A DNA stretch of 32,000 nt from Pseudodesulfovibrio mercurii (GCF_000189295.2 NC_016803.1:210001-242000), one strand, 5' to 3'. Shown: positions 1-8,652, counted from the first letter of the stretch. Translations and numbers: made by a program. Notes: generated from the sequence alone by a model not told the origin.

Positions 1-501
1 AGACCCACGGAGCTCGGGGGCACTCTCAAAGAAAGCGGGGGGGACATAGTACGTCACCTTGGCGAGCCACCAGAAGCCTCCGTCCGAGGAATCCGTGGAC
101 TCCGCGATCATTGCGTCGGCGAGGCCCATGCAGATGGCGGGATACAAATGAGGCGGGTAATCGCTGAGGACGGCCTCGTCCGAATCAATGACCACGTTCT
201 TGAGGTATTGCTTGGCATCGTCGGGACCGATCTCGGTCAGGGGTTCGTCAATCTCGACGACGCCGATCCTGTAGGATTTGTCACCTGATTTCAGCGTGAT
301 GAGCACCGGTTGGTCGCGTTCGATCTCGGTTCTGAACTCGACTTGCGCCTTCAGAACGCCACGGAAGGTGATCTGTACCTCATCGTACATGGGCAAATCA
401 AGCTGTTTCAGGACGGTCGGCAGGGCCTCAAGGAGCATCGTGCTGTTGACGTAGTCACGTTTCCCCTGCCGTTTGAAAGTGTATCTCGCTACGTTGGACA
501 T
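1..501 (-). CDS. hypothetical protein (C-terminus cut by window edge)
   Basis: Not in the ORF track because it runs off the left edge. Hand translation of the minus strand from ATG at 501-499 gives MSNVARYTFKRQGKRDYVNSTMLLEALPTVLKQLDLPMYDEVQITF..., open to position 1. GGAGGG Shine-Dalgarno lies 5 nt upstream. It starts 24 nt after the stop of the AAC(3)-like gene, so it is the last visible gene of that operon. No family recognised. Confidence 0.6.
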   Translation of the reverse strand, partial: MSNVARYTFKRQGKRDYVNSTMLLEALPTVLKQLDLPMYDEVQITFRGVLKAQVEFRTEIERDQPVLITLKSGDKSYRIGVVEIDEPLTEIGPDDAKQYLKNVVIDSDEAVLSDYPPHLYPAICMGLADAMIAESTDSSDGGFWWLAKVTYYVPPAFFESAPELRGS

Positions 502-525
502 AAGTTCCCTCCGGGGTTGATCCGG

Positions 526-1329
526 TTACTTTTGATAGGGCCTCGAAGTCGGCAACACTCTCAGCCAGATGTATATATCCTTGGCCAGAATCTTGGTACA
601 CTCGTCGTAGAAATTCCTTGCGCCCACCGAATAGACAAAACCCTTGCCTATGGGGGCCTTCAGTATGCTGGTTCCCCTTTTCTTCAGCTCTTCGACGATC
701 TTCCTCACCCCATCGCGTTTGAGGCCGCAGTGCTCGTACCAGACGTGCCTGTAAAAGGGCTGGATGGAGACTTCGCCGTTGATCGAGATCGGGTGCATGT
801 ACTCTTTCGTATACCTGTAGGGAACCCCCATGACATGTTCGACATGGTGGATCAGGGCCATGTTGCGGATGTCCTTCCCGAGACAGACGCAGAGCCCATC
901 CAGCTCCACCACGCGGGCTTCCGGCGTCTCCGGCCCGAAGGCGTGGCGGGACACGTCCTTGCAGATGTAGTCGGCGTTTTTGCCGATGGCGGTGTAGGAG
1001 ACGAAGGGGTGGAAGCTGCGCACGGCCTCCGGTTTCCGGCGGATGTATTCCGTGAGCAGGCCGGTTTCGCTCGGCGTGTTGTCCGGGTCGTACGGGATAT
1101 CCGTGTTGCACAGGGACAAGGACGCCGTGGGGACGACCAGGGTTCCCTGCTTCAAGTCGATAAGCTCGCTCAGGGCATTGAAATGCGCTTCGAGGATGCT
1201 GTTGCGATCCCGTTTTTCGTAAGGGCCCAGCCGGAGCAGGTCGGTTCTTAGGATGACCGTTGCGCCCCGGCGGACTCCAACGGTGCTGTAGGCTTCAATC
1301 AGGTCGTCGTATGTATAGGGTTTATTCAT
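526..1329 (-). CDS. AAC(3)-family (Antibiotic_NAT-like) N-acetyltransferase homologue
   Basis: The ORF 526..1368 tail matches the aminoglycoside 3-N-acetyltransferase family layout: GTLVVPT, RSFHPFVSYTAIG, LDGLCVCLG, LIHHVEHVMGVPYR. The preferred start is ATG at 1329 (MNKPYTYDDL), 4 nt after the upstream stop at 1334 and preceded by GGGGAA. The longer track start would overlap the upstream gene. Confidence 0.75.
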   Translation of the reverse strand: MNKPYTYDDLIEAYSTVGVRRGATVILRTDLLRLGPYEKRDRNSILEAHFNALSELIDLKQGTLVVPTASLSLCNTDIPYDPDNTPSETGLLTEYIRRKPEAVRSFHPFVSYTAIGKNADYICKDVSRHAFGPETPEARVVELDGLCVCLGKDIRNMALIHHVEHVMGVPYRYTKEYMHPISINGEVSIQPFYRHVWYEHCGLKRDGVRKIVEELKKRGTSILKAPIGKGFVYSVGARNFYDECTKILAKDIYIWLRVLPTSRPYQK

Positions 1330-1333
1330 GGTA

Positions 1334-2080
1334 TTATTCCCCGGCAGCGCCAGTTTCCTTGTGAACAATCTTTCTGTATACGGCCTTGATTTTCGCCTTG
1401 ACGCTGTCCATGGAGAACAGTTTGCCCGTCAGGTAGGCGAGCTCCCAGCTCTTCCAGAATCTGCCGCCTTCCAGCTCCATCAGGCGCTTGTCGGCGCGCA
1501 GGTGCTCGACGTAGTCGGTGTAAAGGACTTTGATCGCCTGTGAATGAAAAATGATATACGGATGCGACAGGATGTCGATCTCGTTCAGCAACCGCGTCCA
1601 CTGGTCCAGGAAAAATGCATTGTTTTCCATTGAGGGACAAAAGGATGTCCATCCCTTGGCCTCGTAGGTCCAGTCGTATATCGACCCGCTCAGGATGCCT
1701 TCCAGGGAACCGTCCAGTCCCACGATGGGCACAAACGGATACATCTTGCACAGCAGCGGTTTGGGAAAGGACTCGGAGCAGCTGCCGTTCAGGCCGCAAT
1801 GCGCCGTGACAATGCGCAGGTCCTCATCCTCCCCGAAATCCATCCGCATCTCTTTGGCGGGGAGGTCCATATCCTCGATCCTGGACTTGAAGTAGTCATA
1901 CTCATCCCCCATGAAGATCAACGTCGTCCCGGAGGTCGGCAGCATGTTGAACGCAATGTCGTCCACCAGATTCATATTGCAGCAGGACCCGCCGCGACAG
2001 GAAAGCCAACATTGGGGCGTGGCGACAAATGATTGGGCGTGGAGTTCCGCCCACTGTTCCGGCGTCAATTTAGGCAGCAT
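1334..2080 (-). CDS. Cys-rich protein, YkgJ/UPF0153 (CxxCxxCC-type) putative metal-binding family-like
   Basis: ATG at 2080 with AGGAA upstream; overlaps the upstream stop by 11 nt. N-terminal Cys cluster CWLSCRGGSCC plus HCGLNGSCSESFPKPLLCKMYPFVP, which resembles the second C...C..y..RP..C..yPf block of the UPF0153 family. Function unknown. Confidence 0.55.
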   Translation of the reverse strand: MLPKLTPEQWAELHAQSFVATPQCWLSCRGGSCCNMNLVDDIAFNMLPTSGTTLIFMGDEYDYFKSRIEDMDLPAKEMRMDFGEDEDLRIVTAHCGLNGSCSESFPKPLLCKMYPFVPIVGLDGSLEGILSGSIYDWTYEAKGWTSFCPSMENNAFFLDQWTRLLNEIDILSHPYIIFHSQAIKVLYTDYVEHLRADKRLMELEGGRFWKSWELAYLTGKLFSMDSVKAKIKAVYRKIVHKETGAAGE

Positions 2081-3419
2081 GCTTTCCTACTCTTGTTACC
2101 CTGAAGCAGTCCTTGTAGGCCTGGGTGATCTCCAGAGAGGCAAACCCATCGTCGAAAAAAACGAAGCGGTTGGCAAGCTCCCTGAATGCTTCCAGGCTGA
2201 GGGCGGGCCATTTGGGGTTCAACTTGTCAGGTTGTGATTTCATCTTTCTGATTTGCCATTTCAGCATCCGGTTCCAGTGGCGAATTCGGGCGTCGAATCG
2301 CGTCCGCAAACTGAAAAACGGTTCCCTGGCGCGTTCCATTCGGGCCAGCGCCCGCAGGTGTTCCAGCACCAGCGGAGAGGACAGTTCCGCCCCGCTGCGA
2401 TGGGCGTACGGAGCCAGGACCTTTTCCCACTCGGGCCGCTTGGACCGGATCCGTTCATCCAATTCTCCCTCGACACAGCGGCAAAGCTCCTCAAAGTCGA
2501 GGATGTGGTACGAAATCTTGTTTGGCAAGCATTCATCCAGTTCCGATTGCACCGGTCGATAGCACACGCATGGAGTGCCCAGCAAGAAGGCCTCGATGGC
2601 CGTGGTGCAGCCGTTTTGCAGCATCAGGTCGCTGGCCAGGATCCACTTGTGCACGTTTCCTTCCCGGACGACGTGCAGGTTGGGATAGTCCCGCGCGAGT
2701 TCGAACCACGGCTCCAGCTTCTCGGCGGGGTGGGGCCGCAGGACGAAGTTTCGGGACGGGTACCGGACGCAGAGGCGCTTCAGCGAGTCGATCAAGGCGT
2801 AGAAGTACTGTTCATCGGCCTCGTAGCGTTTCATGAGGTATTCTATGTTCGGCCCGTGCTTGCCCGACAGGAACCGCTCCTTCATCGCCTCGCCGCCGAT
2901 GGTGTTGTTGTTGGTGGTGAAGCGCGTGTTGATCAGTATGAACCGGCCAAACGTGTCGTGTATGGCCCGGACGTCCCGTTCGTGAAATTTCCTGAGCCGG
3001 GGGTGGAGCAGGTCCAGCCTCGGATTGCCCGTGACGTGGGCGCGGTCGGCCATGTCCGGCAGACGGCTGACCATCAGATCCCTTTGCAGGGAGCCCCATG
3101 CGAAAAACATGTCCACGCTCTCCGAAACCGCCGGGGTCAGATTGAACAGGCTGTATTGCTTGGGATTGATGCAGAGGCCTTCTTCGTCGTTGACGGCGAT
3201 GCGATGTCCCAGCCGTTTCAGGAAGTTGAAGAGCGGGGGGTATTCCGAGTGGATGCTTTTGTCCAGGAGTATGCCGGGCTCTCCGAGGACGGCCAGCCGC
3301 CGGATCATGTCTTCGGCGCCGATATAGACATCAAAACCCTCCTGGGCCGCACAACAGGCCAGGAAAGTCTTCGCTTCGAGTTCGCGAGATGCTATTTCAA
3401 CCGTAATGTATAGATTCAA
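2070..3419 (-). CDS. surface carbohydrate biosynthesis protein-like (TIGR04396/capsule-biosynthesis-like), tentative
   Basis: 449 aa ORF. The N-terminus MNLYITVEIASRELEAKTFLA resembles the characteristic (I/V)E(I/V)..RE(L/F)..K..L start of that family as I recall it. Start is TTG at 3419 with AAGGAA 8 nt upstream, 5 nt after the stop of the preceding gene. The family call is from memory only. Confidence 0.55.
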   Translation of the reverse strand: MNLYITVEIASRELEAKTFLACCAAQEGFDVYIGAEDMIRRLAVLGEPGILLDKSIHSEYPPLFNFLKRLGHRIAVNDEEGLCINPKQYSLFNLTPAVSESVDMFFAWGSLQRDLMVSRLPDMADRAHVTGNPRLDLLHPRLRKFHERDVRAIHDTFGRFILINTRFTTNNNTIGGEAMKERFLSGKHGPNIEYLMKRYEADEQYFYALIDSLKRLCVRYPSRNFVLRPHPAEKLEPWFELARDYPNLHVVREGNVHKWILASDLMLQNGCTTAIEAFLLGTPCVCYRPVQSELDECLPNKISYHILDFEELCRCVEGELDERIRSKRPEWEKVLAPYAHRSGAELSSPLVLEHLRALARMERAREPFFSLRTRFDARIRHWNRMLKWQIRKMKSQPDKLNPKWPALSLEAFRELANRFVFFDDGFASLEITQAYKDCFRVTRVGKHAA

Positions 3420-3424
3420 TACAA

Positions 3425-4780
3425 TTATTCCTTGTGGTTGCGAAAGCTGCTTTCCGGTTCGCCGGGCTTCCCGTCAACGATGGGAATACGGTACGCGGAC
3501 GAATTGAAATAATTGTCGTTGGTGGCGAAGGCTATCGCTTCGAGGCTCCCCAGCGGGATGGAGTCGGCGTCGAAGGTGAAGCTCCAATGGTTGCCGTCCT
3601 GCCTGTCCATGTTCTCGTGCAGATACCGTTGATCCAGAGTCTTGAAGCTCATCCAGGGCTGCGGTCCCCAGATGTCCTTGTCGGCGCGGACGTCAACCCG
3701 GTTTCCGGTCCACGCAATGTCGAAGCGGACAGGGGACTGCTCGGGAACGCCGCAGACCCGCCGGACGGCATCGACGGCGTTGGCGTGGCGTATGCGGACC
3801 TCGGGGTACTGTTTCTGCACGTCCCGTATCAGGTCCATGTAGCGCGTGATGGGGGCGCCCATCTTGTTCTGGTCGTGGCTCGTGACGGACAGGATCGTCG
3901 GCTCGCCATTCCGAACCTGTCGGAACGCCCGCTCTATCTCCTCCCGCGTGATGGGGCGGATGCGGGCGTTCAGGTTGAGGCAACGGGCGATGTACCGCTT
4001 CATGCCCCCCGGTTTCTGGTAGTCGTACCAGTCGGGGTGGTAGACGCCCCACGTGGATTTCGCCCGGCGCCAGTCGCCGAACCTGCCGCCGCTCACATCC
4101 TTCTGGATGGCGTCCTCGGCGCGTTCGGGCATGGCCTGGTTGCCGAAATCGACGGGAATCCACATCTCGAGGAACAGGTGGATGTCGGGGCGTTCGCAAT
4201 GGAGTCCGGGCCGGAAGGCCGAGGGGAAATCCAGGTGGTCCAGCAGGCGGCGGCCGATGGATTCGATGTGGCAGTTGGTGAAGCTGTAATTGCAGGACGC
4301 CCTGTTGGCCGCATGGGAAAACGGCACCGGGTGAAAATGCCAATAGAGGGCATCGTGTTCCGGCGTGTATTCGCTCAGGATCTGTTGGTAATGCTCGTAG
4401 ACGGCATGGAATCCCAGGGCGCGCTGCCGGGGGTTCGTGGTGAATCCCACGTGGTCCATGACGAACCAGGAGAAGACGTATCCATTGCCGAAGTCGTCCG
4501 CGTGCCGCATGCGCCAGTCGTCCGACATCAGTTCATGAAGCATCGCATCGACTTCGGTCCAGGTGGCGTTGTAGTCGAGCCGCGCGTCGGAAACGAAATC
4601 CATGACGTTGGCCCGCAATGCCTCGGGGACGTCTTTTCCCGCCTTCAGGCGATTCAGCTGATTCGTCGAGGGCTTGAAGTTGAGACCGAATGTCTGTCTG
4701 ATCCGTTCGAAAGTCGCCGTCAAAGACTCATAGAGAGGACCTTCCGTATCAACGCAATGTACGAGGAATAGTTCTTTCAT
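3425..4780 (-). CDS. hypothetical protein (possibly carbohydrate deacetylase/hydrolase-fold; unverified)
   Basis: 451 aa ORF with ATG at 4780 (MKELFLVHCVDTEGPLYE...). It is the first gene of the five-gene minus-strand operon. Coding-like composition, no low-complexity stretches. No confident family assignment. Confidence 0.65.
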   Translation of the reverse strand: MKELFLVHCVDTEGPLYESLTATFERIRQTFGLNFKPSTNQLNRLKAGKDVPEALRANVMDFVSDARLDYNATWTEVDAMLHELMSDDWRMRHADDFGNGYVFSWFVMDHVGFTTNPRQRALGFHAVYEHYQQILSEYTPEHDALYWHFHPVPFSHAANRASCNYSFTNCHIESIGRRLLDHLDFPSAFRPGLHCERPDIHLFLEMWIPVDFGNQAMPERAEDAIQKDVSGGRFGDWRRAKSTWGVYHPDWYDYQKPGGMKRYIARCLNLNARIRPITREEIERAFRQVRNGEPTILSVTSHDQNKMGAPITRYMDLIRDVQKQYPEVRIRHANAVDAVRRVCGVPEQSPVRFDIAWTGNRVDVRADKDIWGPQPWMSFKTLDQRYLHENMDRQDGNHWSFTFDADSIPLGSLEAIAFATNDNYFNSSAYRIPIVDGKPGEPESSFRNHKE

Positions 4781-5366
4781 GGGAATTATACGCTTTGCGG
4801 GCGGGTTAAAATTGTATTCCGGATCGTTCGTGAACGGATTGCGGATGGTTGTCGGTCAGGGCGTTGTTGCCGGAGGGTATGCATTTTCGGGAGAGTCGAT
4901 GTTGCCATCTGAAATCGTAATGCATTGTGTGATCCCGGTGAACAGGTGATCGGGCAACGACGGAGAGCCTTCCAGGTATAATGTGATCCGGTACCGGCCT
5001 GCGCTCGGTTTTTCTCATAAAAACAGGCCATTCCATGAGGACCGGGATGGAGCCGAATACCAGCGGCGACTCTCCGGTCGGTTCGCCCCGATACGAGGGC
5101 GGTCTGGCCTCTGTCCGTTGCAATCGTGTGGAATGCGGTACTACCTTTGAGTTGTTCGGCGATGGAAAAATTGTTGAACAACCTTACTCGCAATGCGTCA
5201 ACGCGAACGTTGATCGAAAACTGCTTCTAATTTTCTTCGAAGTCAATACCCCCCGGATTCGGATTCAACAAATCCGATGTGATAGGGGCGGCTTCCCTCA
5301 TGTCGTCGATCGGACAACGGCGTTTCCGCGCCTTGGCCGAAGGCGGGGGGCCTGATCGACCCGATA

Positions 5367-7061
5367 TCATTCAGCCAATCGGGCCAGCAGGGCCTTTCTG
5401 TCGACCTTTCCGTTTGCATTGAGGGGCATGGTCTCGACCTGGTAAAACCGTTTGACCTGCATGTACGTCGGCAGGTTCTCCTTGCAGACCGCGTCGAGGT
5501 CCGTTTCCGGGCTGCCGCTGTAAAAGACTAGTATTTCATACGGAATGTCCGGGGTGGGCCTATGGCCGATGGCGACCAGATGCTCCAGGCGGGCCGATTT
5601 CCGCAAGAGATGCTCGATCTCCCCCAATTCGACCCGGTGTCCCGCGATCTGGATCTGGTCATCGATCCTGCCGATGAAGACAATGTCGCCGTTCGCGTCG
5701 AGCCGGGCAAGGTCGCCGGTGCGGTACCAACGGTTGTCCTGTTCGCGGGCCGAGGTGTTCAGGGGACAGAATTTGGTGTTCGTGAGGCCGGGATTGCGCC
5801 AATAGCCCGGGGCGAGTTGCGGACCCGCGAGGCACAGTTCTCCGACCTCCCCGTCGGCAACGGGCTTCAGGTTCGGATCGACGATCGCGGCCTCCAGGCC
5901 GGGGAGGGGCTTCCCGATGGGCACGATCCCCTTGTACTCCGCGCCGAGTTCCGTGCCCGGCGAGTAAGTGTAATAGGTGAAATACACGGTGGCTTCGGTG
6001 GGCCCGTAGAGATTCTCGAGAATCGCGTTGGGGGCGGCCAGGGCAAAGTCCCTGGCGGAGCTTTCCAGCAGGGCTTCGCCGCAGAAGAGGGCGAGCCGCA
6101 GGTGCGGAAGGCTGTCGGGCTTGAGCAGTTTGAACTTGGAAAGAAAAACGGCCACGGCCGGAACCGAAAACCAGACGGAGAGCTTGTGCTTGTTGACGAA
6201 ACGATGGGGCAGCATCATTTCGCCTTTGGGGACGCAGAAGATCGAGCCGCCCACGGTCAGGGGCACGAAGATGTCGAATACGGAGAGATCGAAAGTGAAA
6301 TCGAAGAGTTGGGTGAACGAATCTTCCTGATTGAACTGGTATCGGTCGATGGAAGCGGCGATCATGCTGAGGGCGTTGCGGTGCGTGATGCCGACACCCT
6401 TCGGGTCTCCCGTGCTGCCGGAGGTGAAGAGAAGATAGGCGATGTCGCCGGGATCGACCGTCGGCATGCCGAGCGGGGCGTCCTCGGCGGACAGGGCCTT
6501 GAGCCGCGACTCGGGGATGCTCGTGAGCGAAATCTGATCGGGGATGTGCAACCCCTCTTCATGTTCGCCGAGCACGATGATCGAATGGCTTTCGTCCGAT
6601 TCGGCGAGCAGTTCCAGCAGGGAGGCAAGGTGCGCGCCGTCGGTCAGGATGATTTTCGTGCCCGCTTTGGCGATGGTGTTCTGGACGCGTTTTTGCGGGA
6701 AGATCGGACTGAGGGGGACATAGCAATGCCCGGACAGGAGGGCGGCGAGAATGGCCGAGTACATGTGGATCGAGCGGTAGGCGTATATCCCGATCTGCCT
6801 GCTGTCGTTGTCCTTCCCAAGTATCTCATGGGCGATGCATTGAACGCGGGACGCCAATTCCCTGTAGGTATAGGGCGTGTCGTCCACAAAAAGGGCGAGA
6901 TTATCGGGATATGAATCGGCGCTTCTGATGAAGCCGCTGATGAGGGAGTCGGTTTTCAAGATGGATACCCTGGTTTTTCGGTCCGCAGGATGCGTGTGGT
7001 TTTTCACTCGGATCCCAATCGAAAGCCTGGATTTGGTACCAAGAGGACAATCGGCCGTCAA
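5367..7061 (-). CDS. stand-alone adenylate-forming enzyme (DltA-like / NRPS A-domain-like AMP-dependent ligase)
   Basis: Core adenylation motifs are present: LFTSGSTGDPKGV, YGPTE, YRTGDLARLDANGDIVFIGRIDDQIQIAGHRVELGEIE, LNANGKVDRKAL. The track start at 7061 is TTG and there is no in-frame ATG near the N-terminus. GTG at 7007 or TTG at 6959 are alternatives, so the true start is uncertain. Confidence 0.85.
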   Translation of the reverse strand: MTADCPLGTKSRLSIGIRVKNHTHPADRKTRVSILKTDSLISGFIRSADSYPDNLALFVDDTPYTYRELASRVQCIAHEILGKDNDSRQIGIYAYRSIHMYSAILAALLSGHCYVPLSPIFPQKRVQNTIAKAGTKIILTDGAHLASLLELLAESDESHSIIVLGEHEEGLHIPDQISLTSIPESRLKALSAEDAPLGMPTVDPGDIAYLLFTSGSTGDPKGVGITHRNALSMIAASIDRYQFNQEDSFTQLFDFTFDLSVFDIFVPLTVGGSIFCVPKGEMMLPHRFVNKHKLSVWFSVPAVAVFLSKFKLLKPDSLPHLRLALFCGEALLESSARDFALAAPNAILENLYGPTEATVYFTYYTYSPGTELGAEYKGIVPIGKPLPGLEAAIVDPNLKPVADGEVGELCLAGPQLAPGYWRNPGLTNTKFCPLNTSAREQDNRWYRTGDLARLDANGDIVFIGRIDDQIQIAGHRVELGEIEHLLRKSARLEHLVAIGHRPTPDIPYEILVFYSGSPETDLDAVCKENLPTYMQVKRFYQVETMPLNANGKVDRKALLARLAE

Positions 7062-7162
7062 CAGAAGCGGTCCCGGTTGTCCGGATCACCGCGACGGTTT
7101 CAGGGTGGACGTGTTCGGGGTTGCGCCGCTCTTCCGGGCCTCTTTCGACATTCAACAAGTGC

Positions 7163-8524
7163 TCAGCCGTTGAAAAGGGGATCACCCGTGCCCAGATCCC
7201 GAAGCCGCAGACAATCGCGGTGGAAGAGCAATTCAATCTTGCCGCAGAGCCCGTAACGGTTCTTGGCGACGTGAACATCCACACCGTCCGTCAAGGATTC
7301 ATCGCCTTCGTAATATTCGGCATCCCTGTAGAGCAGCAGGATGGTATCCGCGGCCTGTTCATAGGCTCCATGGCAAAGGAGGTCCGACAGTTTCGGCTCG
7401 TTGTCCTGGCGCTCATCCACTTCGGAATTGAGTTCCGACAAAACAAGGATGGAGATGTTCAACTCGGAAGCCAGATGTTTCAGTGCCCGAGAGATTGCGG
7501 CAGCTTCCTGCTCCAGACCGCCCGCCGGATGCTCCATGTCTTTTATCAGCTGCACACGGTCGATGACGACAAGGCCGATGTCATGTTCGTTTTTCATGTG
7601 CCTGATGCGCGAGGATATCTCAAATGGAGACAACGCCGGGGCGCTGTCGAAAAACAAACCGCTTCGGGATATCCTGCCGGCGGATTTGTACAGTTCAAGC
7701 CAGTCGTCTTCAACGAGTTGTCCCGTTTGTATCTTCATGATCGGGATACCCACATGTATCGCAAGCAGCTTTTCCATTATCCGGTCATGATGCTTGTCGA
7801 GTGAAACATAAAATGTAGGGACGTTTGACAACGCTGCCTTCAGAACAACATTGAGCGCAAAGGGTTGTATGCAGTTGCCTGGCCGTCCCGCGAGGACCGT
7901 CAGGCTTCCTTTTCTCAAGCCCGACAGCAGGGAGTCCAAATCCTCGAATCCCGTCTTGAGTCCCGGCCCCGCATTACCCTGTTTGAATTTGCTGTTAATG
8001 GTGTCAAGGACAGACATTATGACTTCACTCGCTGCTGGTTTGTCGAAGGTTTTGGTCTTTCGTTTGAGCTCGAATAGTTCTTTTTCAGCCTCATTCAACG
8101 TGACCAGCGGAGCCTGAGAATTGTACGCCATGGTTGCTATCTTATTACCTAATTGGATAAGGCTGCGCAGAGTTGCCTTGTCCCGGACCTGTTCGGCGTA
8201 TTTTACTATGTCGCGAGGCGACAATGAACCGCCCTCAGGTGTGCAGGTATGTAAATACTCCCTGAGACAAATGTTCCGATTTTCCGCCTCCACGGCCGTT
8301 TGGACAGTATTCGCGTCAATGGGTTCGTTGTTGTCGTAACACGTTGTCATCGCAGCGAATATGGCCCCATGGTCGGGATGGTAGAAGGATTGTCGATTCA
8401 ATAAATCAATAATCTCATGGAATATCGCATTGTTTCGCAGTACACCTTCAAGCACGGCGTGTTCGGCGAGCAGGTCGAATGGCGGGATTTTCCCGTGGGC
8501 CAAGCTTTCAAAATCCATCGGCAT
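7163..8524 (-). CDS. DnaB-family replicative-helicase paralogue with degenerate ATPase motifs
   Basis: DnaB N-terminal-domain-like AEHAVLEGVLRNNAIFHEIIDLLNRQSFYHPDHGAIFAAM, and a C-terminal RecA-like domain with VVIDRVQLI. The start is chosen at ATG 8524 (MPMDFESL...) with AGGAG 6 nt upstream (ACGACAGGAGATCAACATG). The track start at 8716 adds 64 non-conserved residues. The Walker A position reads GRPGNCIQPF, with no GKT. Confidence 0.8.
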   Translation of the reverse strand: MPMDFESLAHGKIPPFDLLAEHAVLEGVLRNNAIFHEIIDLLNRQSFYHPDHGAIFAAMTTCYDNNEPIDANTVQTAVEAENRNICLREYLHTCTPEGGSLSPRDIVKYAEQVRDKATLRSLIQLGNKIATMAYNSQAPLVTLNEAEKELFELKRKTKTFDKPAASEVIMSVLDTINSKFKQGNAGPGLKTGFEDLDSLLSGLRKGSLTVLAGRPGNCIQPFALNVVLKAALSNVPTFYVSLDKHHDRIMEKLLAIHVGIPIMKIQTGQLVEDDWLELYKSAGRISRSGLFFDSAPALSPFEISSRIRHMKNEHDIGLVVIDRVQLIKDMEHPAGGLEQEAAAISRALKHLASELNISILVLSELNSEVDERQDNEPKLSDLLCHGAYEQAADTILLLYRDAEYYEGDESLTDGVDVHVAKNRYGLCGKIELLFHRDCLRLRDLGTGDPLFNG

Positions 8525-8613
8525 GTTGATCTCCTGTCGTGATGCGTCCAACGGCTCGTTCGAGGAGCACGTTGTTGGGCCTATGAACGACAGGTTAGCC
8601 ACTACGTGGGGCG

Positions 8614-8652
8614 TTTCGGGCCCCACAAAAAAAGTTTTTTGTGGGGCCGAAA
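8614..8652. promoter_or_regulatory. long near-perfect inverted repeat / hairpin in the divergent intergenic region
   Basis: GGCCCCACAAAAAA (8619-8632), AG, then TTTTTTGTGGGGCC (8635-8648): perfect 14 bp arms. It extends to TTTC..GAAA (8614-8652) with one bulged G. There is no flanking U-tract, so it is not a canonical terminator. Confidence 0.5.

Noticed and set aside
310-1251. Plus-strand 313 aa ORF, and the 455..1111 minus-strand ORF
   Set aside because: They are the antisense and alternate frames of the AAC(3)-like gene, which has family motifs. These translations have none, and the plus ORF starts with TTG.
3434-4771. 445 aa plus-strand ORF; similar long antisense ORFs at 2253..3413, 5562..6914, 13277..14119, 14262..15581, 15770..16864, 22102..23223 and 24141..25259
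   Set aside because: Each mirrors a motif-bearing or operon-consistent gene on the opposite strand, and each has V/G/R/D/A-rich antisense-type composition.
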